This document shows, one piece after another, positions 18,278 to 26,430 of a stretch of 35,176 bases of DNA. Every line of letters begins with the position of its first letter. Positions within the stretch are counted from its first letter, which is position 1. The notes beneath the pieces are model-generated. The model worked only from the letters and a program-made list of their open reading frames with translations. It ran no database searches and had not been told where the DNA came from. Position numbers and translations under genes: made by a program. Source of the stretch: a virus (Duplodnaviria; Caudoviricetes); the IMG/VR virus record IMGVR_UViG_3300016265_000590, positions 1-35,176 of that record, one strand, 5' to 3'.

Positions 18278-18297
18278 TCGACTCCCGCCGCCTCCAC
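18278..18297 (+). other. attP core resembling the 3' end of tmRNA (ssrA)
   Basis: TCGACTCCCGCCGCCTCCAC matches a T-loop, T-stem and acceptor 3' strand ending UCCA (Ala G3-U70 identity); adjacent to int. Confidence 0.7.
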
Positions 18298-18387
18298 TCG
18301 ACATCTCGTACACCACTGTACGCCGAACGGGCCCGGCAGAGCAATCTGCCGGATTCCGGCGGCGGCAGTGGGGTGCGTGGTGGCGGT

Positions 18388-18415
18388 TTGACCAACTACC
18401 GTTCCGAAGTAGTAT
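18388..18415 (+). promoter_or_regulatory. Sigma70-like promoter TTGACC-N16-TAGTAT, probably leaderless
   Basis: ATG 18422 lies 7 nt after the -10 box; inverted repeat ACTAC..GTAGT overlaps the spacer and -10. Confidence 0.6.
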
Positions 18416-18421
18416 TGAGGC

Positions 18422-18703
18422 ATGATTGCCATGGCCCACAAGATTGAAGGCGGCGAATACCTCACCATTGCCGAGGCTGTCGATTACATCGGCTGCACGG
18501 ACTCTTGGGTGCGGCACCTGATCCGCGAGGGCAAACTGCGGGTGCGGACGTTCTCGCAGCGGGTGAAGCTCGTGCCGCTGGCCGAGGCCGACCGGGCTCG
18601 AGACGGGCTGACCACCAGGGCTAAGGCCAAAAAGCACCTTGCCAAGCGGCCAGCCGCCAAGCGGAAGAAGCCAAAGAAGGCCGCCGCCGCCCGCCGGAAA
18701 TAG
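18422..18703 (+). CDS. Excisionase/MerR-type HTH DNA-binding protein with Lys/Ala-rich tail
   Basis: YLTIAEAVDYIGCTDSWVRHLIREGKL; C-terminus KKHLAKRPAAKRKKPKKAAAARRK. Confidence 0.8.
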   Translation: MIAMAHKIEGGEYLTIAEAVDYIGCTDSWVRHLIREGKLRVRTFSQRVKLVPLAEADRARDGLTTRAKAKKHLAKRPAAKRKKPKKAAAARRK

Positions 18704-18750
18704 CGTTTTCCCGGCGAAAACGGCCCCAAAAAAAATCTTTTCTCATGCCC

Positions 18751-18778
18751 TTGACGCCTAACTTCCGATCCGTATCAT
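18751..18778 (+). promoter_or_regulatory. Sigma70-like promoter TTGACG-N16-TATCAT with upstream A-tract
   Basis: Consensus boxes; A8 tract at 18728-18735. Confidence 0.6.
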
Positions 18779-18832
18779 ATGGGCGTGGCGAGCAAATGAG
18801 ACTCGCCGACACGCAAACGAAGACACGCAACC

Positions 18833-19102
18833 ATGACCGCCATCATCACCGACACCACCCGCCAGACTGCCCTTGGCAACGAATACGTTTACGTCGAGCT
18901 CCAGTGCGGAAAGCATTCGGCCCTCGTCGTCGTTTGCCGCGGTGCGAGCAACTACGTTCAGGTCATCGTTCAGAACGCTATGAATCGGGCCTGGCGTGGC
19001 ATGGGTCGTCGGTTCGCCAACGTCGAGGCCGCGATGGCCGCATACAAGACCGCCGCCGTCCGCACGATGATCGAGACGGCGAACGACTTCGCCGCCGCTT
19101 GA
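18833..19102 (+). CDS. Hypothetical protein
   Basis: Phage-like codon usage; downstream of a promoter. Confidence 0.7.
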   Translation: MTAIITDTTRQTALGNEYVYVELQCGKHSALVVVCRGASNYVQVIVQNAMNRAWRGMGRRFANVEAAMAAYKTAAVRTMIETANDFAAA

Positions 19103-19186
19103 GTCGTACACGGTGGGGCCACCCGGCCAGCCGACAGGGGCGAAACGGGTGGCACTTCTTTACCCCAGGCCAAGGAGGGCCAACAC

Positions 19187-19258
19187 ATGAGCACGGATCT
19201 CTGGCTCGAGCTCGTCGTCGTCATTCTCAAGATCGTTGCTGCCGGGCTTGCACGTTAG
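19187..19258 (+). CDS. 23-aa hydrophobic peptide (not in the ORF track)
   Basis: SD AAGGAGG; MSTDLWLELVVVILKIVAAGLAR. Confidence 0.55.
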   Translation: MSTDLWLELVVVILKIVAAGLAR

Positions 19259-19371
19259 CCCAACTCCCGTTAGCCTTCAGCCCAACTTTCGTTACGCACC
19301 ACCGACCCCTATACAAACTTTCGACTCCCCTGATCGACGTTTTCCCCGTGCGCCACGCACCAAAAAATGAT

Positions 19372-19399
19372 TTGACCGACAGGTGAACACGCGTACACT
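19372..19399 (+). promoter_or_regulatory. Sigma70-like promoter TTGACC-N16-TACACT
   Basis: Consensus boxes with an upstream A-tract. Confidence 0.6.
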
Positions 19400-19429
19400 T
19401 TGCCCACTCAACAGAAGGAGAGCACCACG

Positions 19430-19666
19430 ATGATCGTCACGAATGACAGCAGCCCGCACGAGGATCTCTACACGGCCGCTGTGCGGCACCTCCACGAGCA
19501 CACGCCGAGCCCCAGGCCCGAGCCCGCCGTTGGCGACTTCGTCAGCGGTTGCACCGCTGGCCGTCGCTGGAGCGGCAGAGTCGAGTGGGTCAACGACAAC
19601 GGCGAAATCTGCGTGAACACGGACGGAAGCTGGGTTTACGTGCCCGTGGCCGACATCACGCACTGA
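19430..19666 (+). CDS. Hypothetical protein, SH3-like beta C-terminus
   Basis: SD AAGGAG; PAVGDFV...WSGRVEWV. Confidence 0.7.
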   Translation: MIVTNDSSPHEDLYTAAVRHLHEHTPSPRPEPAVGDFVSGCTAGRRWSGRVEWVNDNGEICVNTDGSWVYVPVADITH

Positions 19667-19800
19667 ACCGAGCAAAGGACCGCTGCCCGGTGGAACTGAG
19701 CGGCGGAAGGAGTCGAGCGGAGCTCGAGCAGCAGGGACGCAACACCACCGGCCTGGCACGACGCGAAAGCCGGATTTCTCAACCAGCAAAGGACGCAGAT

Positions 19801-20649
19801 ATGAGCACGGAAATCAGCACCAACACGACGCCGGCCAGGGGGCTGGCACTTCAGACGATGGGCGAGGCCATGGCTTTCGCCACGATGGTGGCGAAGAGCG
19901 ACTTCGCACCAAAGGACTTCAAGGGCAAGCCCGAGAGTTGTTTGCTGGCGATCCAGCACGGCAGCGAAGTCGGGCTGTCACCCATGCAGTCGCTCCAGAG
20001 CATCGCCTGCATCAACGGGCGGCCGAGCGTCTGGGGTGACGCCGCCCTGGCCCTCGTCATGGGCTCGCCTGTCTGCGAGTACGTCCGCGAGCGGGTGGAC
20101 GGAGATGGTGACGCCATGGTTGCAACCTGCGAGGCCAAGCGTCGCGGCTACCCTGATGCCAACGTCACGAAGTTCAGCGTGGCCGACGCCAAGAAGGCCG
20201 GGCTGTGGGGCAAGACCGGCCCGTGGACGCAGTACCCGAAGCGGATGCTGCAGCTGCGTGCTCGAGGCTTTGCCCTGCGTGACGCCTTCCCCGACGTGCT
20301 CAAGGGGCTCGTGACGGCCGAGGAGGCCCAGGACTACCCAACGCAGCCAGAGCCGGTGACGGTGCGGCCAAAGTTTCCTGAGCCGACGCCAGCACCAGAG
20401 CCAGCAAAGGCCACGGCCGAGGACATGCAGAAGAGCCGCTTGGCCGTGAACAAGGCAACGCGGCCAGCGGAGCTCGAGCGGATGCAGTCGATTGTTGAGC
20501 AGCGACTGCGTGGCGGCTTTTACACGACGGCCCAGGCTGACGAGTTGCTCAACCTCATCAACGGCAAGCTCGACATTCTCACCAGCGAGCCCGAGGACAA
20601 CGGCCAGGAGTTCGCACACGAGGCCGCTGGCACGGAGGTGCGCTCATGA
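19801..20649 (+). CDS. RecT-like single-strand annealing protein
   Basis: GLSPMQSLQSIACINGRPSVWGD and WTQYPKRMLQLRARGFALRDAFPDVLKG motifs. Confidence 0.8.
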   Translation: MSTEISTNTTPARGLALQTMGEAMAFATMVAKSDFAPKDFKGKPESCLLAIQHGSEVGLSPMQSLQSIACINGRPSVWGDAALALVMGSPVCEYVRERVDGDGDAMVATCEAKRRGYPDANVTKFSVADAKKAGLWGKTGPWTQYPKRMLQLRARGFALRDAFPDVLKGLVTAEEAQDYPTQPEPVTVRPKFPEPTPAPEPAKATAEDMQKSRLAVNKATRPAELERMQSIVEQRLRGGFYTTAQADELLNLINGKLDILTSEPEDNGQEFAHEAAGTEVRS

Positions 20650-20846
20650 CAAGCGCCGAAGCCATCGCCGCCATTAACGCCGCAGCCAATCGACGCGAAG
20701 CCGCAGAGATCCGCGACAAGTGGATATGGGCCAACGGCGATCCGCAAACGCCAGAACGCGCCAGCGTTTGTGATGCAGTGATGACGCGATGGGGCGAGGC
20801 AATGATTGGCCCGCCGTCAGAGATTGGAAAACCGACAGGAGATTGA
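20646..20846 (+). CDS. Hypothetical protein
   Basis: ATGA overlap with recT; GGAGG SD. Confidence 0.6.
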   Translation: MTSAEAIAAINAAANRREAAEIRDKWIWANGDPQTPERASVCDAVMTRWGEAMIGPPSEIGKPTGD

Positions 20847-21002
20847 GCCCCGCCATGGGCAGAGCGTGCGTGTTCCAGACGCCGCATTGGCCGCCTAGCC
20901 GAGCGTGGCGAGTAACGACGGCAGCCGCAGCCCTTGGCCTCCCGATTGGGTGATGCGACCGCCGGCCCGGCGTCACAGGGCCAATACACGAAAGGATGCG
21001 TG

Positions 21003-21188
21003 ATGCACTGGCGCGAAGAGAAGCAACGCGAAGAACTGGCAGAACGCAAGCGCAAGGACGCCCAGGCTGAAGATCCCGTGTTGACGCAGTGCGTGATTGC
21101 CTACTGCAACTGGCGACGCGCCGGCGGGCAGGGCGGCTTCGATTTGTTCAAACGTGATTGGTACGCACAGCGGCCGGAACCAACTTGA
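21003..21188 (+). CDS. Hypothetical protein
   Basis: SD AAAGGA before ATG 21003. Confidence 0.6.
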   Translation: MHWREEKQREELAERKRKDAQAEDPVLTQCVIAYCNWRRAGGQGGFDLFKRDWYAQRPEPT

Positions 21189-21239
21189 CGCATGTGGCAC
21201 GGTGGCCACGGGTGAACGACACGAAGCAAGGAGGCTGAG

Positions 21240-22544
21240 ATGCCGCAGGTTTTTGATGACATCAAGTTTGACGCCGAGTTCGCTGCACTGATTCCGCCGC
21301 TGTCGGCCGAAGAGCGTCAGCAACTTGAAGAGAACATTGTCGAGCACGGCGGCGCACGTGACCCGCTCGTGGTGTGGGCCAGCAAGGGAACGCTGACGCT
21401 GCTGGACGGCCACAACCGCTACGAAATCTGCACGCGGCTCAATCTGCCATTCGACATTCACGAGATGCAGTTCAAAAGCCGGGACGAGGCGGCGGACTGG
21501 ATGGACCGCAACCAGTTGGGGCGACGCAACCTGCACCCGGATGCGTTCACGCTGCTGCTTGGGCGGCGATACAACCGCGCGAAGAAAAGTCATGGCGGCG
21601 ACCGCCGAGCAAGTGGAAAAGATTGCCACTTGAAAACTGCGCAGAAACTTGCTGACGAGCATGGCGTTACGGAGAGGACAGTCCGCAACGCAGGCAAGTT
21701 CGCCGAATCCGTTGAGAAGGCCAAGGCAATCGACCCGGCGATTGAGGCCAAGGTGTCGGCTGGGAAGGCACCGCCGCGTGCAGCTGTCGTTAAGGCCGCC
21801 GCGCTGCTTGAGAACGCACCAGAGCGGGCCAAGGAAATCATCGACAACTGCAAGACGATGGCCGAGGTACTGCGCGAGGAGAAGAAGGCCGAGAAGGAGC
21901 GGATCAAAAAGGAGGCCGTCGAGAAACTGTCGGAAGCGGAGGCCGAATCCTTCGGGATCACACACTGCCCCTTGACTGAGTGGTACGCGCCGCAGTGCCA
22001 ACTCGTCTTTACCGATCCGCCATACCACGACAAGCACGTTGATCGTTTCCGCGAACTTGGCCAGTTTGCGATGAAGCACTTAGACGCGGGGCGATTTCTA
22101 TGCACATACACCGGCAAACTACGCATGGCCGACTGCATCAGTGCTGTTCTCGAGGCCGGTCTTGAATGGGTGTGGATCTTCTCCGTCTACCACCCTTTCA
22201 GCAAGGAAAAGCACCTTGGTGGTGTTTACAACATCGCTGAAAACTGGCGGCCGGTGCTTGTGTTTCGCAAGCCTGGGCCGATCTGGACTCCGACATTTCA
22301 GCAAGACGTTGTGCGCGGCGAACGCAGCAAATCGCACCACGACTGGTCGCAGGACGAGCAGACGCCAGAGCAACTGATCCAAGCGTACACGTTGCCAGGC
22401 GAAACCGTGCTTGACCCCTTCTGTGGCGGCGGCACAACGCCGCTGGTGGCGAAGCGTGTCGGACGCAAATGTTTTGCCTGTGATGTGGACATCGCAGCTG
22501 TAGCTATGGCGACGGATCGTCTTCGTGGCAATCAAGGACTTTAA
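21240..22544 (+). CDS. ParB-like domain fused to an N6/N4 DNA methyltransferase
   Basis: LLDGHNRY and NQLGRRNL (ParB/Spo0J-like); FTDPPY then VLDPFCGGGTT (beta-class amino-MTase order). Confidence 0.85.
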   Translation: MPQVFDDIKFDAEFAALIPPLSAEERQQLEENIVEHGGARDPLVVWASKGTLTLLDGHNRYEICTRLNLPFDIHEMQFKSRDEAADWMDRNQLGRRNLHPDAFTLLLGRRYNRAKKSHGGDRRASGKDCHLKTAQKLADEHGVTERTVRNAGKFAESVEKAKAIDPAIEAKVSAGKAPPRAAVVKAAALLENAPERAKEIIDNCKTMAEVLREEKKAEKERIKKEAVEKLSEAEAESFGITHCPLTEWYAPQCQLVFTDPPYHDKHVDRFRELGQFAMKHLDAGRFLCTYTGKLRMADCISAVLEAGLEWVWIFSVYHPFSKEKHLGGVYNIAENWRPVLVFRKPGPIWTPTFQQDVVRGERSKSHHDWSQDEQTPEQLIQAYTLPGETVLDPFCGGGTTPLVAKRVGRKCFACDVDIAAVAMATDRLRGNQGL

Positions 22545-22977
22545 CACCGGACGGCATCGCTGGTACGAGGCGGATCACGGAATCCAGCGTGACCCGCTAA
22601 GGGATGCAATCCGTGATCAGTTTCCTACAAGTGCGCAGGGCTGGAACGTCAACGATGTAGACCTTCGTGTTTGCTTGTTTGGCGATGCCTTGCGTCGGCC
22701 GAGAAGTGCAGACGGTTGGCTAATTGAGTTTGAGGCAAAACGGCACGGTGCTGATCTCAAGTGGTCGCAGGCGTGTGTGATGAAACTTGTCGATCGGCTG
22801 GCGTCGTCAACAGATAAGACCGGAAAGCACTGGGGCGGTTGCTGGCTCTTGAAGGTTCCAGAAGACCTTTACGTCGGTGAGTTTCTTATGTTCCGGCCAC
22901 TTACTAAGGAGCAAGAGTCGTGTGTTGGTGTTGCCGGGTTGCGTGAGTGGATTGCCTCAAAGTCACCTAAGGAATGA
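22525..22977 (+). CDS. Hypothetical protein, possible PD-(D/E)xK nuclease fold
   Basis: NDVDL...IEFEAK...SQ pattern. Confidence 0.45.
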   Translation: MAIKDFNTGRHRWYEADHGIQRDPLRDAIRDQFPTSAQGWNVNDVDLRVCLFGDALRRPRSADGWLIEFEAKRHGADLKWSQACVMKLVDRLASSTDKTGKHWGGCWLLKVPEDLYVGEFLMFRPLTKEQESCVGVAGLREWIASKSPKE

Positions 22978-22980
22978 CGC

Positions 22981-23178
22981 ATGGCCGACTCAATGAATCT
23001 GACAGACGACGACCTTCGGGTGATACGCGAGTCGCTTGATTACTCAGTTCAAAGGGTGAGCAACTACCCGCACATTGAGTACGACCACAAGCGTGACTCG
23101 TTGCGCCCAATCGAGGCTGCTCGCGACAAGGTTCGGCAGTTACTTGCGAATCGCAAGGAGGCGAATCGTGGCCGGTGA
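22981..23178 (+). CDS. Hypothetical protein
   Basis: Coupled ORF with TAAGGA SD. Confidence 0.6.
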   Translation: MADSMNLTDDDLRVIRESLDYSVQRVSNYPHIEYDHKRDSLRPIEAARDKVRQLLANRKEANRGR

Positions 23179-23989
23179 ATGGTGCGCCATCGACTGCAAC
23201 CTGGCCACTAAGCCAGAGGTGCTCGAACTCGTGGATGAGACTGGCGATCCGCCAGACGCGGTGATTGGCCGCGTCGTGCAGTTGTGGCTGTGGGCAGCAA
23301 TGAACTCTGAGGACGGCACGGCCCGCATGACAGTGCGACGCCTTGCCAGGCTGATTGGTGGCAGTGACACGTTCTGGGCGGGCGTCCAGCGTGTCGGCTG
23401 GCTCGAGGTGGACGAGGCTACGGGGACTGTGGCGATCCCAGGATGGGAGCGTCGGTTTTCGTCTTCGGCCAAGGCTCGGGTGCAGGCTGCCGTCCGTCAC
23501 GCCAAGGACAGGGAGGTGCGGCGCTCAAGCGCCCAGGGTGAGGGCGCTGATGCGTCGGACCCTGGGCGCACGAGCGCCCCAGAATTAAGAGGAGATGAGA
23601 AGAGAAATTCATCATCCTCCACGCGAGCGACGTGGCAGGAAATCCAGAAGGCATGGGACGCCAGCGGCCTAAAGCCTTGGAAACTGGACCGCCCGCCAAA
23701 GCAGAACGCCCACCTGGCGGACGATCCAGACTGGTGCCGTGACGCCCTGCTCGCCATTGAGCGGCTGCCGAAGTGCCGGTTTTTCAAAACGCCGGCCACG
23801 ATGCTGCAGCTGTTCTCGCCTGGCTTCGTGGACAAGGTGCTGGCCGGCTCGTTTGACGATGCACCAGGCAAGCAATCTGGCCGCGACTTTGCGGACGCAC
23901 CGCCGCCGCCACGGGCATTCACTGGCGACGTAGCCGAAGCGTTTGACCGAACACGTAGAAAACTTGCAGCCGCCAAGGAGGGCACATGA
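23168..23989 (+). CDS. Putative replication initiator / replisome organizer
   Basis: MAGEW....L...PEV and V.LW.WA...VGWL motifs typical of phage replication proteins; AAGGAGG SD. Confidence 0.6.
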   Translation: MAGEWCAIDCNLATKPEVLELVDETGDPPDAVIGRVVQLWLWAAMNSEDGTARMTVRRLARLIGGSDTFWAGVQRVGWLEVDEATGTVAIPGWERRFSSSAKARVQAAVRHAKDREVRRSSAQGEGADASDPGRTSAPELRGDEKRNSSSSTRATWQEIQKAWDASGLKPWKLDRPPKQNAHLADDPDWCRDALLAIERLPKCRFFKTPATMLQLFSPGFVDKVLAGSFDDAPGKQSGRDFADAPPPPRAFTGDVAEAFDRTRRKLAAAKEGT

Positions 23990-24210
23990 CCGACACGACA
24001 ACGCAGCCACCGCTAACTGCCAAGCAGCTGGCCGTGCTTGAGTTCATCAGAGCCAACACGCAGGCCGCCTCACCGACAAGCCGGGAGATTGCAAGGCACT
24101 TTGGGTTCGCCAGCCCACATGCCGTCACGGTGCACCTAAAGGCACTGGAGCGAAAAGGGTTTGTGCGTCGTATCCCAGGCCGCAGCCGCAACATTGAGGT
24201 GATCGCATGA
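23986..24210 (+). CDS. Stand-alone LexA-like DNA-binding domain
   Basis: LTAKQLAVLEFI...PTSREIARHFGFASPHAVTVHLKALERKGFVRRIPGRSRNI; no peptidase domain. Confidence 0.85.
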   Translation: MTDTTTQPPLTAKQLAVLEFIRANTQAASPTSREIARHFGFASPHAVTVHLKALERKGFVRRIPGRSRNIEVIA

Positions 24211-24497
24211 GTACGCACGAGATTGTCGAATACCTCCGTGGTCTAGCCGAGGCCACCGCAACAGTTGCCAACGCCGCCGACACGGGCCGCGTGAGCAAGG
24301 CCCGGCTCAACATGCAGGCGAGCGTGCTGCTTGAGGCGTGCGACTCGCTGCTCAAGGCCGACGCCGAGTGCACGCAGCTGCGTGAGCGGCTCGTGCGGCA
24401 GGCTTGCTGGTTCGAGCAGTTCGAGGCGGCGACGCAGCCGAAGAGCTGGCCGCTGCTTGAGGACGACGACTGCGACGATCCGGGGGTGGCACTGTGA
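24207..24497 (+). CDS. Hypothetical protein
   Basis: Coupled ORF. Confidence 0.6.
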   Translation: MSTHEIVEYLRGLAEATATVANAADTGRVSKARLNMQASVLLEACDSLLKADAECTQLRERLVRQACWFEQFEAATQPKSWPLLEDDDCDDPGVAL

Positions 24498-24742
24498 ACA
24501 TCACCGACTTCGTCTGGGTTTGCATTGGTGAGTTCTTGCTTGCGGCGACGTTCGCCATGGGCATTTTGGTTGGTGCATCTCTGAAGCCACGAAAGGAATC
24601 GAACGATGGCAACAGCTACGAAGGAACGAGCGGCAGGCGTGCGGATCTTGGCTGGTACTCTGCTCCGAGCGGTGCAGGACGTGTCGAGGGTGGTGCACGC
24701 CAGGGGGCCGAAACCCATTTTGTCCAACGTTCGCATCGGTGA
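24494..24742 (+). CDS. Small membrane protein
   Basis: N-terminal hydrophobic helix; 3' half overlaps the clamp gene. Confidence 0.45.
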   Translation: MNITDFVWVCIGEFLLAATFAMGILVGASLKPRKESNDGNSYEGTSGRRADLGWYSAPSGAGRVEGGARQGAETHFVQRSHR

Positions 24743-25712
24743 TGGGCTCATCACTGGCACGGATCTAGAGATCCGCATTGATCGCCAGATCGATGAGCAC
24801 TGCGAGCCGTTTTTGCTGCCGGCCGATAGGTTGCTCGCCATCCTGCGGGCTTGCCGAGCCGATGACGAAGTCACGCTCACGCCGAGCGGCACGAGCGTCA
24901 AGGTGAAAGCCGGCCGTGGCTCGTGGACGCTTCCGACGGAGGACGTGGCTGAGTATCCGACGTGGGAGGCAGCCGACGCGAAGCCCGTCTGCCGGCTGCC
25001 GGCCGATCAGTTCTGCCGTGCAGTGCACGCCGTCGAGTACGCGACCGACAAGGAGAGCAGCCGCTACGCACTGGGTGCGGTGCTGATCGACGTGACTGGT
25101 GGCGATCCTACGTTTGTCGGCACCGATGGCCGGCGGCTGTCGGCGGTGCAGACCGAGACAGACCAGGCGGTGGACGACTCGCAGACGCTGGTGCCGGTGA
25201 CTGCGGTACGCATTGCAGCATCACTGGCAGAGCGTAGTGAGGGCAGCGTTCAGATTGAGGCAACGTCGAGCGATGTGGTTATCACGCTGGAGGGCAGCGT
25301 GATTACGGCCCGGCTGGTGGACGGCCGCTTTCCCAGGTGGCGTGACGTGTTCCCAGAATCGTCCAGCGATCCGCACGCCGTCGATCGTGGCGAGCTCCTG
25401 GCGGCGACCAGGGCTGCGGCCGTGGTGACGAGCGAGCAGTCGAACGCCGTTACGTACGACTGGGGTGAGGCTTTGACGCTGACGGCTCGCTCAAGCGAGT
25501 ACGGCGAAAGCAAGGTTCGGTGCGACGTGACTGAGGCTGGCACGGCGTGCAAGGTGAAACTCAATCCTGGGTTTGTGCGTGACTACCTCGACGGCTTGCC
25601 GGCTGACGAGGAGCCACATGTGTCTGTGTTGACGAATGGCCCTGGCGGTGCCGTCGTTCTGACGTGCGGCGAATATCGTGGAGTCATCATGCCGCTGTCG
25701 GAGGACGCATGA
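24606..25712 (+). CDS. dnaN: DNA polymerase III beta sliding clamp
   Basis: KPILSNV, GTDLE, SRYAL, VGTDGRRL, RLVDGRFPRW and VIMPL motifs; 368 aa. Confidence 0.92.
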   Translation: MATATKERAAGVRILAGTLLRAVQDVSRVVHARGPKPILSNVRIGDGLITGTDLEIRIDRQIDEHCEPFLLPADRLLAILRACRADDEVTLTPSGTSVKVKAGRGSWTLPTEDVAEYPTWEAADAKPVCRLPADQFCRAVHAVEYATDKESSRYALGAVLIDVTGGDPTFVGTDGRRLSAVQTETDQAVDDSQTLVPVTAVRIAASLAERSEGSVQIEATSSDVVITLEGSVITARLVDGRFPRWRDVFPESSSDPHAVDRGELLAATRAAAVVTSEQSNAVTYDWGEALTLTARSSEYGESKVRCDVTEAGTACKVKLNPGFVRDYLDGLPADEEPHVSVLTNGPGGAVVLTCGEYRGVIMPLSEDA

Positions 25713-26095
25713 AAAACAGCGACGCATCGCGGAACCACACGATGGCGGATCTTGCCCTGCTGCACGAGCTCTGGGCGGCTAACCTGCCGACTTCAGAAAT
25801 CGCTGCGCGGTTTGGCGTGGTGATGAGCACCGTGACGAAGTGGGCACAGCGTTATGGGCTCCCGCGAAGGACGATCCACCCGGCAAACGAGCCGCCGCCA
25901 CCGTCGCCAGAGGACGAAGCGGCTTCGCTTGACGGGCTGGCGTTGTCGCCTTGGGTTGAGGAACGTGCTCGAGTGGTTCGCGAGCAGCACTACGCAGAGC
26001 GGCGAGCCGAGACTGAGGCCAATGCCAGGAGCAAGGCAAACTCTTGGCGTCGCGGCGAGTACCAGCCAGGCGGGGCACGGCATGTCGGGTTCTGA
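25709..26095 (+). CDS. GcrA-like HTH protein
   Basis: LHELWAANLPTSEIAARFGV..STV..WAQRYGLP. Confidence 0.6.
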   Translation: MKNSDASRNHTMADLALLHELWAANLPTSEIAARFGVVMSTVTKWAQRYGLPRRTIHPANEPPPPSPEDEAASLDGLALSPWVEERARVVREQHYAERRAETEANARSKANSWRRGEYQPGGARHVGF

Positions 26096-26110
26096 GCGGC
26101 TGGGGTGACA

Positions 26111-26167
26111 GCAGAACACGCAGGATGCAGCGGCGGCTCCGCCGTCCGCTGCATCCGCTGGTTCTAT
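26111..26167 (-). repeat. attC-like recombination site 1 (57 bp)
   Basis: Minus strand: ATAGAAC-CAGCG-GATGCAGC-GGACGGC...CCGCTGCATCC-TGCGT-GTTCTGC. Confidence 0.7.
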
Positions 26168-26196
26168 TTCGCGGAGTAGTTTAGGTGGTGCAGAAC

Positions 26197-26430
26197 ATGA
26201 GCAAGCGCGCTCAAGGCCCACGTTCGAGTCGTGGCTCCGCGATTTCACAGAAGGACAGAGATACTCTTCGCAGGCTGGATCGTGGCATCCATTGGATTGA
26301 CGCACGCTTGGAGTTGTGGGTCGTGTTTTATGATGTCAGCGAGCGAAAGCGGCTCCAAAAGCAACGGGATTCAATGGACGAGCGAAGGCGGCTACTGAGG
26401 CTGCGGATGAAGGGCGTCGGCAAGAAATAG
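26197..26430 (+). CDS. Hypothetical basic protein (cassette 1)
   Basis: AGGTGG SD; stop codon overlaps the R' box of attC 2. Confidence 0.55.
   Translation: MSKRAQGPRSSRGSAISQKDRDTLRRLDRGIHWIDARLELWVVFYDVSERKRLQKQRDSMDERRRLLRLRMKGVGKK

Noticed and set aside
18278-18297. Complete tRNA or tmRNA gene
   Set aside because: Only the 3' end is present; no 5' acceptor strand or D/anticodon arms.
18704-18735. Hairpin CGTTTTC/GAAAACG as an intrinsic terminator
   Set aside because: It is followed by an A-tract, not a U-tract; better read as promoter-upstream sequence.
26081-26095. Third degenerate attC arm (GCATGTCGGGTTCTG)
   Set aside because: No complementary arm and it lies in coding sequence; too weak to call.
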